From assembly GCA_050575255.1 (NCBI GenBank), contig JBNZDD010013688.1, positions 4,012,463-4,076,462 on the forward strand: 64,000 nt of DNA, written 5' to 3'. This document shows positions 1 through 12,350 of the stretch, in pieces (the stretch's first letter is position 1; the number at the start of each line of letters is the position of its first letter). The stretch is from Harriotta raleighana (lineage: Eukaryota). The position numbers were made by a program, and so were the translations under genes. The notes under the pieces were generated by a model. It made no database searches. It was not told the DNA's origin and was given only the letters and a program-made list of their open reading frames with translations.

Positions 1-230
1 ATGACATTGGAAAATGTTTTTGTACTTTCAACAGCTTTTGGAAAAAAGATTTACTTTTTAAAATTTTTGTTCATATTTATTTTTTGCAATTTATAACCCC
101 CAAAAAAAACTTTTGCAACACAAAATTTCGAGGTTATGCATCAAAATTGAAGACTTAATCATTCAGAGAGGCTGATACATAGCGAAGGCCTGTTATAATG
201 GGCGATTGAATTTGATCATGCTATCTTGCG

Positions 231-322
231 CAGTCAATTCACTTTACAGTATATTCTGTGAAGCACTTTGAGACATTAGAAGACATGAACAGCGCTATGT
301 CAAATGGAATGATTATTATTAT
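231..322 (+). mobile_element. 3' tail fragment of the abundant tRNA/Deu-type SINE (family A)
   Basis: cagtcaattcactttacagtatattctgtgaagcactttgagac...gattattattat, matching the tail of the full copy at 52277-52596. Confidence 0.8.
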
Positions 323-934
323 AGAACGATGAGAATTGTGCGAGTCAGTACATCAACATGCCATAGTGGAACTTTGACTAAAAATATGATGTAGAGAATA
401 AAACAACAACTCAATTCACTGAGTACAAATTCCAATGTGGACGTGATATATCCAGATTGGGGGAGAAAAATGAGTTTATCTTACAAGTTCCATACACGGG
501 CTTGAAAAATGGTTAGAGCATTCACTAGTTCAGGCTGCAGCACCTGTTCTTTGGCAAGGTATTCTTTGAAAGGGTGATGGCGCTCATTAAAATCTCCTCA
601 TATTTTGCAAACAAAATCCTAATGATTTTAAAATGTGATTTTTTTTTCTCGCTACATTAGCTATTTTAAATCGATCTATAATCTTTGTAGTTTAGTCGAA
701 CTACCAGGTGCCACATTGAGGAATGCTGCCAGTAATAGTACAACAGCACTTGTAGACCTTTCTGGTTTTTGTGGATGTTGCATGAGGGTCGAAAGTAAAG
801 TGAATGAAAACGTTGAACCTACACTCCCAAGTCAACACTGTGAGAATCTATCCTGCATGAAGGGCACTATATAATTGCGAATTATTGTTCTTGATGCCAT
901 GAAACTATGCTTTGTTTTTTTTTCTCCCCTACAG

Positions 935-1063
935 GGTTATCTACCTGCAAATATGGAGCGAAGGGAAACCACGCTGCAACGAAAGCGAGAGGAATACTAC
1001 GGGTTCATTAAACAATATTATGACTCCAGAAACGAAGAACATCACCAGGATACCTACCGACAA
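935..1063 (+). CDS. TBC1D22B: TBC1D22B internal coding exon (129 nt, phase 0-0): GYLPANMERRETTLQRKREEYYGFIKQYYDSRNEEHHQDTYRQ
   Basis: Pyrimidine tract and CAG acceptor (932-934), GTATTG donor at 1064. The peptide closely matches recalled vertebrate TBC1D22B (QYYDSRNEEHHQDTYRQ), which favours B over paralogue A. Confidence 0.93.
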
Positions 1064-2133
1064 GTATTGATAAGATTCCTTTATTTCTAACACTGAAGAT
1101 TTGCTCTGTTCCGCAAAGTTTTAGTTCCATCAAGTTGCACCCACAACGTAAAGTGTTTTAACCTGTGACAAATTGCAGTTTTTCTTACCTCCTGCCCATT
1201 ACTCTAATATATCGCCCATATTAAAAATGAATCCTGCATTATTTGACACATTTGCTATGCTGCAATCTTATAATGTTCATGTAAATCAACATTATAAGAT
1301 TGCAATTGAGTGCTAATTTAGTTGCCCTGTAAAGTTTATTAAATCACTGCAGAAAAACTAATGCAATGATATTTATCCGTAAATCAATTTTTAATTGTGG
1401 CTGAGTGTTTATAGAATATCACATAGGAAGGCCGTTTCTTTCATTCATTTTGTTTACTCAGAATCTATCAATTGAATCTGTTATTCATCCGATATGTGAG
1501 TTTATGAATCTGAAAATGACAAATTGTGGATGTGGTTTAGCTGTATTTACCAGTCTAGTGATCTATGTAAATTCAACAGACGTTTGGGGCAATAACAATT
1601 TACTATTAAAATCAAGTTTTTTTTTGGTGCGGGATTACAAATTGATTTGATTTAATTGATTTTTTTTTATACGGTGTGTATCCGGATAATTTTTATATTT
1701 GTGTCTCGCTCATTCATTGATGGCTAGGCTACCAAAATTATACAATCAAGGGTAATTTCTGCTCTTAAAAACATCTCTGCTCAAATAATTTCTGAAACAC
1801 TTTGAGCGAACTTCAGGGCAGCAAAAAAATTGCAGGTTCCTTTTGATTTATTTGTGTTGTGAGTGATGGTGTGCATCTCTGGGATAATGACTCTGACATT
1901 GTGGGGGAGCTCAGTGTCAAAGCAAACTTGTCATTTGAACTTTGAGCATTAAATCGTTCCATCTTTCACATGATCGGTTCAGTGACTTCACAAACTGATG
2001 TCACCAGGGGCAGTTGCTGTTGATAGAGACCACAGAAATATTTTTTTAACTGGATGGTGGGCGGAATATAAAAAAAAGTTCAACGTTTAGAAATAAATCG
2101 AAAGGGGTATTACGGTATAAATTCTCCTTTTAC

Positions 2134-2310
2134 AACAAGAGCAACAATTTTCATTTATATAGTTCTCTTCACGCGAGGCAGTGCCCGGAGTGCTTGATAG
2201 TGATGGAGTCTGACACCGAGTTAGGGGTAGAGGGAGGGGAGAGGTGACTGCAAGCACCATCAAAAAGGAAGGTCTTTAAACAGGGATTTTAAATTGGGGA
2301 GGGAGATGGT
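2134..2310 (-). mobile_element. Degraded L2 LINE 3' end
   Basis: (CAA)-rich tail and purine-rich body similar to the copy at 3390-3745. Confidence 0.6.
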
Positions 2311-2392
2311 TGTATGTCAATCTGCAACAAATTCTATATATCTCTCTGTAGGAACACTTTAATACCAACTCATTTTATTCATTCGTTGACAG

Positions 2393-2458
2393 ATTCATAT
2401 TGACATTCCAAGAACAAACCCTCTCATTCCTCTCTTTCAACAACCTTCAGTCCAAGAG
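2393..2458 (+). CDS. TBC1D22B: TBC1D22B exon (66 nt, phase 0-0): IHIDIPRTNPLIPLFQQPSVQE, containing the TBC arginine-finger motif IxxDxxR
   Basis: CAG acceptor ending at 2392, GTAAGC donor at 2459, in frame with both neighbouring exons. Too short for the ORF track; translated by hand. Confidence 0.94.
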
Positions 2459-2908
2459 GTAAGCAAGCTGCTACTCATTTTCTGATACTTTTTGGGATAG
2501 TTTGTCAGTTTGCACACAGCGACATGCTGTGCTTGTGAACTTCTGTGTGTTTCTTCCCCTTGTGCTCAATGTTATACATGACTTTGTTGCTGCACTGTTG
2601 ATCTTCATGACAAGATAGCTAAGCCCTGGGTGAAGTGGCTTCTAGCTGATTTCAAAGATTGGGCCTTCCCTTTCAGTTGCTTTTTTTGAGACAAAGAAAA
2701 TCTTGAAAGGCAAAATGAGTAGGTTAGAATGGTTTCTCTTCACATTGGTGTTTTAGGACACTTCAAAAAGTCTTAAAAAGAATCTGAGATCACAAGGGCT
2801 TATTTTGACTTAGATCTGGTTATTTGTGACCTGAAGTTGCTGCTAAGTGAGGAAAGATTTTCATCTCCTTTCTCTTGTATTTTCAGCACATTTGGACTGT
2901 GCAGTTTC

Positions 2909-3190
2909 AATAATAATAATCCTTGCATCTGACATGATGCTTTGTCATGACTTCGAGACATCATAAAAACGTCTCAATTCTCCCATCTGGTCCCCTTAGT
3001 CCATTCTAGCTTTTAAAGTTATTTAAAAAGAGATTGTTTTGGTCTTCATGTATCTTTATTTCCTAAATAAAGCAACATCAAGGTCCCTATGTACAGTCAA
3101 TTCACTTGATAGTATATTCTGTGAAACGCTTTGAGACATTGTGAAAATGTGATAAGGAGCTACATCAGATGGAAGGATTTTTAATATTAT
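2909..3190. mobile_element. Two SINE family A tail fragments (about 2909-2965 minus, about 3090-3190 plus)
   Basis: taataataatccttgcat... and cagtcaattcacttgatagtatattctgtgaaacgctttgagac... motifs. Confidence 0.7.
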
Positions 3191-3389
3191 GGTGTGTTTT
3201 GCGGATTAAGTCCAATGTCTTGTTGTCCCTGTTACACCACTTATATGTTTTCCAGTATTGAAGATAATGTTACCATTATATTTTTTAAAAGTTGAGTTGC
3301 CTTTTTATTTGACAACAACATATTCTTTAACAATACAAACATCACTTAAAAGAATTGTGAATAAGAACAGGAATTTCAAAGAATATTTG

Positions 3390-3745
3390 AACAACAACAA
3401 AATTACATATGTATAGAGCACCTTTCACGTCGGGAGGATGTCCCAAGGTGCTGAACAGTCAGTGGTCGGGACCCAAGCAAGGTGGGGAGAGGCAGGGTAG
3501 GGGCAAGGGGCAGGGTAATAGGAAGGGGAGGGAGGGAGGTGGGAAGGCGTCAGAAGGCACACTCAAAAAGGAGGGTCTTGAGATGAGGCAAGGGAGGAAG
3601 CGAGGTAAAGGGTCTGTGGGATGGAGTTCCAGAAGTGTGGAGGCAGAGGCTGAAAGCCCATCCACCAATGGTAGGGAGACATGGAGCAGACCGGAACCCG
3701 CTGAACGGGATTGGCGGGGGAGAGTGGGTGGTGGTGTCAGGCTGG
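3390..3745 (-). mobile_element. L2 LINE 3' end (RT C-terminus and 3'UTR)
   Basis: The reverse strand shows the AFSxxAxTLWNSIP-type RT end, the 3' stem-loop gggacatcctcccgacgtgaaaggtgct and a (TTG)n tail. Confidence 0.85.
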
Positions 3746-4405
3746 TTGAAAATACAAATTTGAATGCAAATGAATGCACAGTTGAAAGATTTAAGTTCGA
3801 GAGTTTGTTGTAAAAATTTAAGGATTTCAGTTATGACCTTTTCAGCGTGGCAAGGCTATTTGAGAAATGAATTATGAATGTCAACGTTTAGTACATTTCC
3901 ATTTGAGGAATTATTTCAGTGCCAGTCAAAATGTTGATTGCAATTAAATCTTCACTGCTTTACATTTTTCAGTGTGTTGCACTATTTGGTAATGTAGCAT
4001 TTACAGAAAGGATGGAAACTGACACATTAAATATGAATAGTGAAGGGCTAGTGGCACATTCAAGTTTTGCAATGAAGAGAAAATCATAGCAGTTAATTCC
4101 AATTCTTTACAGCGAGCCAAAATAAAACCAGCGAATATGTTAGACGATGCCACATAAAACAGATTTGCTATGTTTTATGTATTGTACCATCTGGTGCCTT
4201 GCTGTCGGGCACTTTCACAAGTTTACAAAAAAAAAAGCATTGCGAAATCTTTGAATTGCATTTATATCTAGACATTCTTTTTGAGTTAAACCATTTGAGA
4301 TCCAACTTCTCTAGAAACCATCAATATCACATATGATCAGTTGGGAGGTGGCATGTTTGATGCGGTTAAGTTCAGCAGTCAGTTGTTCTCTCACTGGATT
4401 GCCAT

Positions 4406-4456
4406 CAGTGTAGTTAGTGTAACATCCAGTGTAGTTAGTTAGTGTAGCATCCAGTG
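4406..4456. repeat. Short tandem duplication (cagtgtagttagtgtaRcatc, about 2.3 copies)
   Basis: Read directly from the sequence. Confidence 0.7.
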
Positions 4457-5369
4457 GACTTTCTCAAATCCTACCCTGAATTATCCAACGCCTTGGGATG
4501 TGTTCCTGAGATGAAAGGCGCAGCTGTATAAATAAATTTATTGTTGGTAACCTTTGATTTAAAAAAACAACATTTATATTCAAATATAAATTTCTGGATT
4601 GCTATCAATATTCTCCTTTTTTGAGAAATTACAAGTAATCTTCTGTTGTCTTTGAGAATTCTATTGCCCACTGGATAATTGATGGAATGGTAATTTGAGT
4701 TTTAACCTTAAATGGTCGAAAGTGAAAGAAGGGTGAAAGAATTGCTTGAAGAAATAATTAAGTGTGAGTTGGCCTAAAATCAGCCAACTTTATTTAGAAG
4801 AAACTGATTTGTGGAATTGAATCCAGTGATTGCCTAAAGCACATTATGACCCGAAGTTTGTTTTGAGGTTGTAACGGCAATGTCAGAGATTCCCCACGAG
4901 AATGCTTACTAGCATACTGACAACCTTAGTTTAGCCTGAGATCATTTGTGCTGATTAACATTTGGAGGGATGTGTTGCAGGTGATGACATGTCTTGGGAG
5001 AGGAACTTCTCAAGCAGAAGAAATAGCAGTGAGGCTTTGTTGCTGCTGTTCTATGTAGGTCATTTAGATTGTTGGATCATACTGGGTCAGAGTATTGTCT
5101 GGTAACACTTCAGTAATAATTCAAATTCTTCAGCAGCATTTTTATTGTGTGCTTTGTCACAAGATGAATGTAAATTGGGATTAGGATGTGAATGTCTGTC
5201 TAAATAACTTGAAGGGTAGCCATGTTGTATTTTGATAAAAGTAGGAAGTAAATTCATCTCTCCACTATGGTAAGCTTCACCAACTTCAAAGACAGATTAG
5301 CCTCCTTTTTCTCTACATATAAAGGTACAAAATATTAAGTTTAAATATTAAAGATTAAAACTTGGTTAA

Positions 5370-5530
5370 ATTAGTTATTTCAATCCATGACCTTTTGTGG
5401 GCTACTGCTGTGCTCAATTGGCTGCCATGTTTTGCCCACAGATGTACAGTCAATTCACCTTCTGTGAAGCACTTTGAGACATCTAGAAGATGTGATAAGT
5501 GCAATATCAAATGCAAGGATTATTATTATT
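5370..5530 (+). mobile_element. SINE family A, 5'-truncated (Deu core and tail)
   Basis: tttcaatccatgac...tgtgggctactgctgtgctcaattggctgcc...caaatgcaaggattattatt. Confidence 0.85.
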
Positions 5531-6829
5531 TGTGTCTTTCCCATTCAGTCAGACGAATTTCCACTTGGCAGTGGAAATTGCTGACAAACTTCAATATTCT
5601 GAATATGCGAGAGAGAGGAGAGTTTACAATCGGATTTAACTTAAACATTAAGTGAAATGAGTCTAAGTTGCTATAACTTTAGTCCATTGAAGATCCTGTA
5701 AAAAATAATTTATTGTAGCCAGATAACACACCATACCTCATGTAGTGAATCTCTTCAAAAAGGGCGATGTGAATGCGGTTTTAGTCTACAGTCCCAGCAG
5801 ACTCGGGCAGATAATATTATCTGAAATGGAGCATGCTATGTGTAAGATAATACTGTATACAAAATTTACAAGAACTTTTCACGTTTACAAACTGGAATAA
5901 ATAAAATTAAGTTGCATGAAATATTTTCAAAATATCAGTAATTTAACAAGGCATTTCAAACTATTCAAACATCAATTCCGATTGGCAGGAGAAAAAATCA
6001 AATCCTAATCATCTGTAATATTCTAGTTTTGCCTCAACTCCCAGAATCTGCTGTCAGGAATGATCAGCATTGAATGGCTTTGTGGTGCCCTTGATTCATC
6101 AATAAGCATGCTGGTTTGGCTCTGGTATAGGCTGTTGGTTGGACGATCTAAAAGATGTGATTAAAACGAAAATGTGTCTGGAGCTCATGGAATTCAATGC
6201 AGAGACATTTGAAGTGTAGTAGTTCCAGGTGCATTTCATGTTTTACAATGAAGTCTAAATTGGATTATTACAAAGAGGGCAATTCAAGTTGATGTGCTAC
6301 GTGTCGCTCAACGACATTCATCATTGCACCAATTGCACCACATTCCTCAATTTTGTACGAGAGACAATCACAAACATTCTGGTGTTTAATCTTCATTTTC
6401 AGCTTCTATGTGTTTGTAAATGCAACACATATCAGGCTGGCAGCTTCTTGGGTTAACCCGTGAAAGGCGTTACACAAAGTGTAATTTTGTTGTTGTCGTT
6501 GTTACTATGTAATGTGCATTTCCACTGTGTCTTGAAATGGATCATCAGCAAGTTAAAGGTTAATGGCTTATCATTTTTCTTTTTAATACCATTTCAATTA
6601 AATAGTAAGTGAGACATTTTATTTTTGTGACCCAACTTCCACTAAACTTTGGGATTTAATTGCGAATGATAGTATTTTTGATTTCATTGCCTTGAAGAAT
6701 TGAAGCCGAAGAGTATGAAACATGGATTGTATTAAACAGTTCCTCTCAAAAATTACTGAAGGGTGCAGCACTGTTGCAAGGTATGAGAGAAACCAGCATT
6801 TTTCACCAACCTAAACACACACGAATAAA

Positions 6830-6960
6830 GCAACAACAACAAAATTTCATTTGTATAGCACCTTTCAGGAGGACGTTCCAAGACGCTGGCCAGTGAATGC
6901 TTCGGAACCGAGCTAGGGTGGGATCAGACAGCGTGGCGGCAAGGGAGGGGAAGGGGGAAG
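6830..6960 (-). mobile_element. L2 3' tail fragment
   Basis: caacaacaacaaaatttcatttgtatagcacctttcaggaggacgttccaagacgct. Confidence 0.7.
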
Positions 6961-8117
6961 TAATGCCCAAATTGGACTCATGGTATATCAGTTCAAATAT
7001 ATAGAAAATGGATGCATCTCAAGAACATGGTGCCCTTGGACTTCTTCTAGTCAATGCTGTGGCATTTTACTTTTACTCACCTTGTTACAACAGTCCCTGC
7101 TCCTGCAATTGCGATGAAAAGGAATCCAAATGTATTCTCTTGGCCGAGTCGGAAATTTTTATCTTTTTCGACTCAGCCAGGTGCTGTATCTGTTCCCAGA
7201 GAAACACCAGCATAAAAGAAAAAAAAATTAAATGCGTGAAAAAGATGACATGACTTTTTGCAATTGTAACCTTAAAATTCATTTTATTCAATTATTATTC
7301 AGCTGCAATGTGTTGCACTGTTCACTGAATTATTTTGCCAAAACCTTTGATGGAAATGAGAAATATATACCCTGGCTTCATTGCTAATTCATTGGTAGTT
7401 TGATTTTATGCTTTTGGAAACCCTATCAGGCATCTGACCTCACCTGATTATTAACCTAGTGAAACCTTTTCATGATACCTTACATGTGAAGATTTGAGTT
7501 ACTTGTAGTATATTTGATTGTATTCGCATTTTTATTTCTGTTTATTCATTTTGTAATTGGATATATCCTGTGATATGAAGCCTGTACATTTTCCTTATCC
7601 ATATGCCAGGATATTACCATTATTCATGTTCTGCTTTTTTCCTACCAGCCTTAGAACTAATTAGCCATTTAACATCACTCATGGAGTTCATATTTTTAAA
7701 ATTATTATCACTCATCATCCAGCTGTGATTGAGGAGATTAGTGCTTTGAGATGTACAACCAGTTAAGATGTGAAGAATTTCAGAAACACAGCTGAAATCA
7801 AATTTCCAATGAATTCATAGGGTAATGATAGGAGCTTAAGTGTGATATAATTGTTGAACTTCACATTATTCTACTATAGAAGGAACGGAATTGCAACTTT
7901 GAAGTGCTTTTGGCACTAATTTTGTAAAAGCAAAATCGAAATTTGTGTTGTTGCTATGATCTATGAATATATCTCATGGCACTAGCAGAAAAAAACATAA
8001 AACATAAGGGAGTTTATGTTAATGTGCTTTACCTCCTTTTCATTATTGATGGAAAAAAAAGACTTCAAGTCTAGTCTGATAATCCAAACCAATGCTGGTA
8101 AGGCTTTGGGTTTATTG

Positions 8118-8375
8118 TCAGAGATGTTGTCTTGTGGATGAGCCGTTAAATCAAAGTACTGTACCATTTCTCTGTTGAGGTGGATGTTTAAGATGTTCAT
8201 GACACTAGTTGAAAAGGAAAGGGGGTTTCTCGGTGTTGATCGTTCATCTTCTACCTGTTTGTGAGATCTTGATAGTATAAATGGCTGCCCTGTTTACATT
8301 CAGCAACAATCATGTCACTTCACAATGAATGCTTGTGAAGCATTTAGGACATTTTAGCATAAGGGACTATTTAGA
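8118..8375 (+). mobile_element. Old SacSINE1-like Deu-domain SINE, degraded
   Basis: ggatgagccgttaaatc...aggtggatgtttaagat...tgtttgtgagatcttg...aaatggctgcc resembles the recalled DeuSINE consensus and the copy at 34690-35000. Confidence 0.6.
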
Positions 8376-8812
8376 AAATATACAGGATTTTGATTCATTG
8401 TATAATTCCTCAGAAGTGAATGATTTTGTGCTGCATTCAATCTTGGTGATGTAATATAACCTTGTTAATTTTTGAGCACATTTAGGTTGCGTTTCACGAG
8501 TTTTGTATATCCCATGATTTTCAACTATGGTGTATTGGCTTTTTGTTGCGAGACCAATCTAAAAATAATCTTTTCAATCTGAGAGACCGAGTGTTCATTG
8601 GCATTAAGCCATTTTACCTGAGATCAATTAAGGACAAACTTGCATATATAAAAAGCAACACTTGTGGATCAGTAACAACGTTGTTGTGAAGTACTCTGTC
8701 ACCCGGATGCCGTGACTTTAATATTTTAGTTCAGCAAATGCTTTGTAAAGTTTATATATTTGTGACTGTGCTGTTGTGACATTGTTGTGCTAAAGCTAAT
8801 CTTCTTTTACAG

Positions 8813-8927
8813 ATCTTTGAACGGATTTTGTTCATATGGGCCATTCGTCATCCAGCTAGTGGTTATGTTCAAGGGATTAATGACCTGGTCACTCCATTTT
8901 TTGTTGTCTTCCTCTCAGAACATGTGG
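8813..8927 (+). CDS. TBC1D22B: TBC1D22B exon (115 nt, phase 0-1): IFERILFIWAIRHPASGYVQGINDLVTPFFVVFLSEHV, containing the glutamine-finger motif YxQ
   Basis: Branch-like ctaat, then cttcttttacag acceptor; GTAAGT donor at 8928. Overlaps ORF 8828..9025. Confidence 0.95.
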
Positions 8928-9579
8928 GTAAGTTGGTTTTTATCAAATCGGATTACTGGTATGCAATAGATAGGCCAAATGACTTACTCCATCCTGTATC
9001 ATTCTATGCAAAAATCACTCGTTGAGCTCTTCAATTCTAGGAAAACTAATCCCAGTTTTAATAAAACGTTTTTATATGGAAGGCAAATTTGTATTGTTCT
9101 ATATTTTTAAGATAAAATGTTATTTTCTTTTAATATCCAGTGTGAGGTGATTTGAACCACACTTCTGTGTGTAGTGTGATGTGTGTTTCATCTTTACCAA
9201 TAGTGTGTGGTGGGGTACTCTAAAAGAATGTTTTTCCAGCAATTTGACAAAGCCAAATTTGGGGGCTGGCTATTTTAAGACTTGAACTTGACTGGCAAGG
9301 CAGCAAGCAAGGGCGAGTTAATCCTTTAAGAGCGATGGAACAGAAAATGTAATTAATTAGCTTTGGCTGTGATTTTAAGCAGCTAATTGAAAATACTGTA
9401 CTTGGAAAAATAACTTTTTAAAATAAAATGGTTTAGAGGATTGTCAACCTACCAATTGTTAATTTGGAAAAATTCATTTTGGTAACAAGATAGATTAAAT
9501 TTAGTAAATGTGGTTTATCTGGCATGTGCAAATTTATGTGCACACACATGTGTACACCACATATGCGTACAGAAGGAGT

Positions 9580-9653
9580 TACTGTGTCTCAAGCGCTCTG
9601 AGACGCCGACCGGCGTGGAGGGCGCTATATAAATCAAAGTTGATGTTGTTATT
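9580..9653 (+). mobile_element. 3' tail of a second L2-type family
   Basis: caagcgctctgagacgccgaccggcgtggagggcgctatataaat; a near-identical tail occurs at 42815-42877. Confidence 0.7.
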
Positions 9654-9884
9654 GGTGCACTCGATATGTAATTAATAAAGATATCTCATGTAATTAATAA
9701 TTTCACAAGAAGCTTATTGATATAGCAGCTGGTTCAAGGTATTTGAGGGAAAACCTTTTGAGTTAAACAAAAACCTAAAGGCGATTCTAAATGGACATTT
9801 CTTATAAAGAGCCGTGATGACAAGAGTCCCTCTGGGAACAGTCTTGAACTTCTGCAGATCACATTCTTTATTAACAACTTTGAT

Positions 9885-9965
9885 CAGGGGATTATGGTGG
9901 GATTTCTCAGCTTGCTGTTGATATGAAATTGTGTGGGAAGGTAAATTGTATTTGAGAGGCAGAGA
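9885..9965 (+). mobile_element. Ancient CR1 RT remnant
   Basis: Translates as GISQLAVDMKLCGKVNC, resembling CR1 ISKFADDTKxGGxV. Highly degenerate. Confidence 0.4.
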
Positions 9966-11970
9966 TTAGCCAAAATGATGTATGTGCCTATATTTAAAGA
10001 ATTGAGATTGAGATGGTGTTTGGAAGTTATATTCGATAAAGACTTGTGTAAGATGTTGAAAACTGGGGCAAAAAAGTTAAATGTATCTACATAATATGGT
10101 ATGTTTGACATGGAACAAAAGAATGGAGTAGGAGAGTTATTTGGTTAGGAAGAGCGCAAGGCTCATTAAAATCATCTATTTACGGAAAGGCCGCATTTAT
10201 GATGCAAAACTGAATGTTAGAATGTTTATAATGCTAATTAATGCTAGTTCAGATCAGCAGCAATCTGACATCAGAGTTGTTGTCCTCCACCGCACTTGGT
10301 GTCCGAAAGCTTTAGAAGAAAGTGATTCTGACACTATCCAGGGATAAAGCTGACAAACAGAAGATCTAAATAGTTTGTGGTTTCCCTTTGTATAGGGATT
10401 AAAGTAATTTCAATGTCACTAACTGAAACGTCAAGTAATTTTTAAGATGATTTGTTCCCACTCCCTGTCCCATCTATAAAATATTGGGGGGAATATTCAC
10501 AAAGGATTTTTAGATGCTTTTGCATGAAATGCCTTGTACTGTCTTAAAAAACCATCAGGGTTAGAAATCAGCAGGAGTTATATTTTAAACAATGTTTTGG
10601 AGATTGAGAAACCACGTCAATTAACTAATTAAGGAAGAAGAGTTTTTTTAAAATAAAAAGCGTTACAATAATCAATGATGGAAATCCGTTAAGTAGTAGT
10701 GTTAGTTGTACATACTTAAAATTGAGCGAGCTTCCACAAGTTTCTTATTCGCACTCACTTTAAACTTTGACCGATGATTCTTTCTCTACTGAACCTCGCC
10801 TTGTGAAAATCTTAATTAACACGATCAATCTTGCAACATGTACAGTAGAGAACCAAATTATCAGCATACACTGGGACAGGGGCCATTGCCTATAAACCAC
10901 ACAGCAGATATTTGGATGTTACCCAAATTTGCTACAGTGTTAACTAAAGCATTTTTCCATCTAATGTTGTACTGTTGCTCTGTATCTCATTGCGCCATCC
11001 TTTTTCACTGCTTCTGTTACTTTCTACCTGATTTTCCTTTGCGATTAAACTGACGTGTGGTCATTTGGTGTGTAGATAAATGGTATTTGCATGATTTGAT
11101 CACTCCTAGCTGTGACCTCAAACAGAACGAATCATGAAAGATTTGCTCATCTTCAAATTGGTAAACCTAACAGAACAGGTTGTCTTGACCTGGTATTTTG
11201 TGCTTACATTAGGTAATGCATATTTACATAGTAGAGCTGTTTACAAGAAGTTGGTTCTACTGAAGGCCCCTGTGTTCTGGATATTGTCGCATTTATATAG
11301 TAGTTTGGATACTCCAGCAATCAGAGGCACAGAAAATCATTGGTGTATTGCTGCACATTTTAAACTATATTTCTGGCTGTCTTTCCTATTTCCAATTGTT
11401 GAGGAAGGTTTGTGCAGTGTGGAAAAACCCAACATTGTTTGGTTTGAATGGCTATAACTCTTAGTCTTATTAGCTGCAGCTTTACTTACACCTCTGGGGC
11501 AATTCTGCTGCTGAGGCTGTTATTGCCCCTGAATGCGCTTGAGAAAACTGCTGCTCAAAGTGGACTTTGAGTCCCTGCGAGGTTAAAAACACCCAACTAG
11601 TTGACCCTCCTGCAATAGGAAGTCGGGGTTGCTGTCTTTAGATCACACTGCTGTTCTAGGTTTGGATCTCTCAGCCAATCCATAGTGTAAAGTTTCTTGA
11701 TGCGCACTGACTTGTCAATGTAATCCATGTCATTGGAGTGACTGCCAGTACAAATGGAGACTCAGGTTGATGAACTCCAAGGGAGGCAAAACGTGTCTGT
11801 CACTCAATTCAAATTTACCCGTTTTAGTTTTAAATAAGCTCAAGATTTTGCAATACTTTGCAGTGGAAAATGCATGGTTGGGATCCACCCTGTTTAATCA
11901 ATTAAATTCTTTGCCAGTTACTTATTATTGAGTTTAATGTTTCATGGTGATATTTTGCTCTAGTGTATTA

Positions 11971-12350
11971 CAGTAAAACCCCGTTTACCCGGCACCCTCG
12001 GGGGGTCGACTAATTGACTGCCGGATAATCGGGCGGCAAGTTGCCGAAAACCCAACATAAAAAATTGACTTATTTTAAAACATACCATGTTAATAATAGA
12101 CTAAATAGTAACAGAATATTGTATGGATACTTACCAATAAAGCATTCCAGCACACTCGGTAAAAAGATCGGTAAAAAAGCATTTTTTACCAATCGGTAAA
12201 AACCCAAGTTCATAAGTTTAATAAGTGCGCATGTGCATGCATTGCATGCATACGCAAAGTGAGCAAACTCACGATTGCTGGAATGGGGAATTGCCCCGGG
12301 AGGGTGTCGAGCAATCCAGTTGATTGGATTGGATAAACAAGGTTTTACTG
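11971..12350. mobile_element. Non-autonomous Tc1/mariner (Tigger/pogo-type) MITE
   Basis: Left TIR cagtaaaaccccgtttaccc and reverse-complemented right TIR cagtaaaaccttgtttatcc match at 17/20. Flanked by TA on the left and CA on the right. Confidence 0.8.

Noticed and set aside
3409-3813. Gly/Arg-rich and Pro/Leu-rich ORFs (also 35572-35802, 42351-42821, 58407-58739)
   Set aside because: Antisense or off-frame readings of L2 3' ends.
6185-6225. MEFNAETFEV resembles the CR1 motif WQMEFNxxKCEV
   Set aside because: Too short to call with confidence.
10840-10935. tacagtagagaaccaaattatcagc resembles a Tigger TIR
   Set aside because: No convincing matching right TIR was found.
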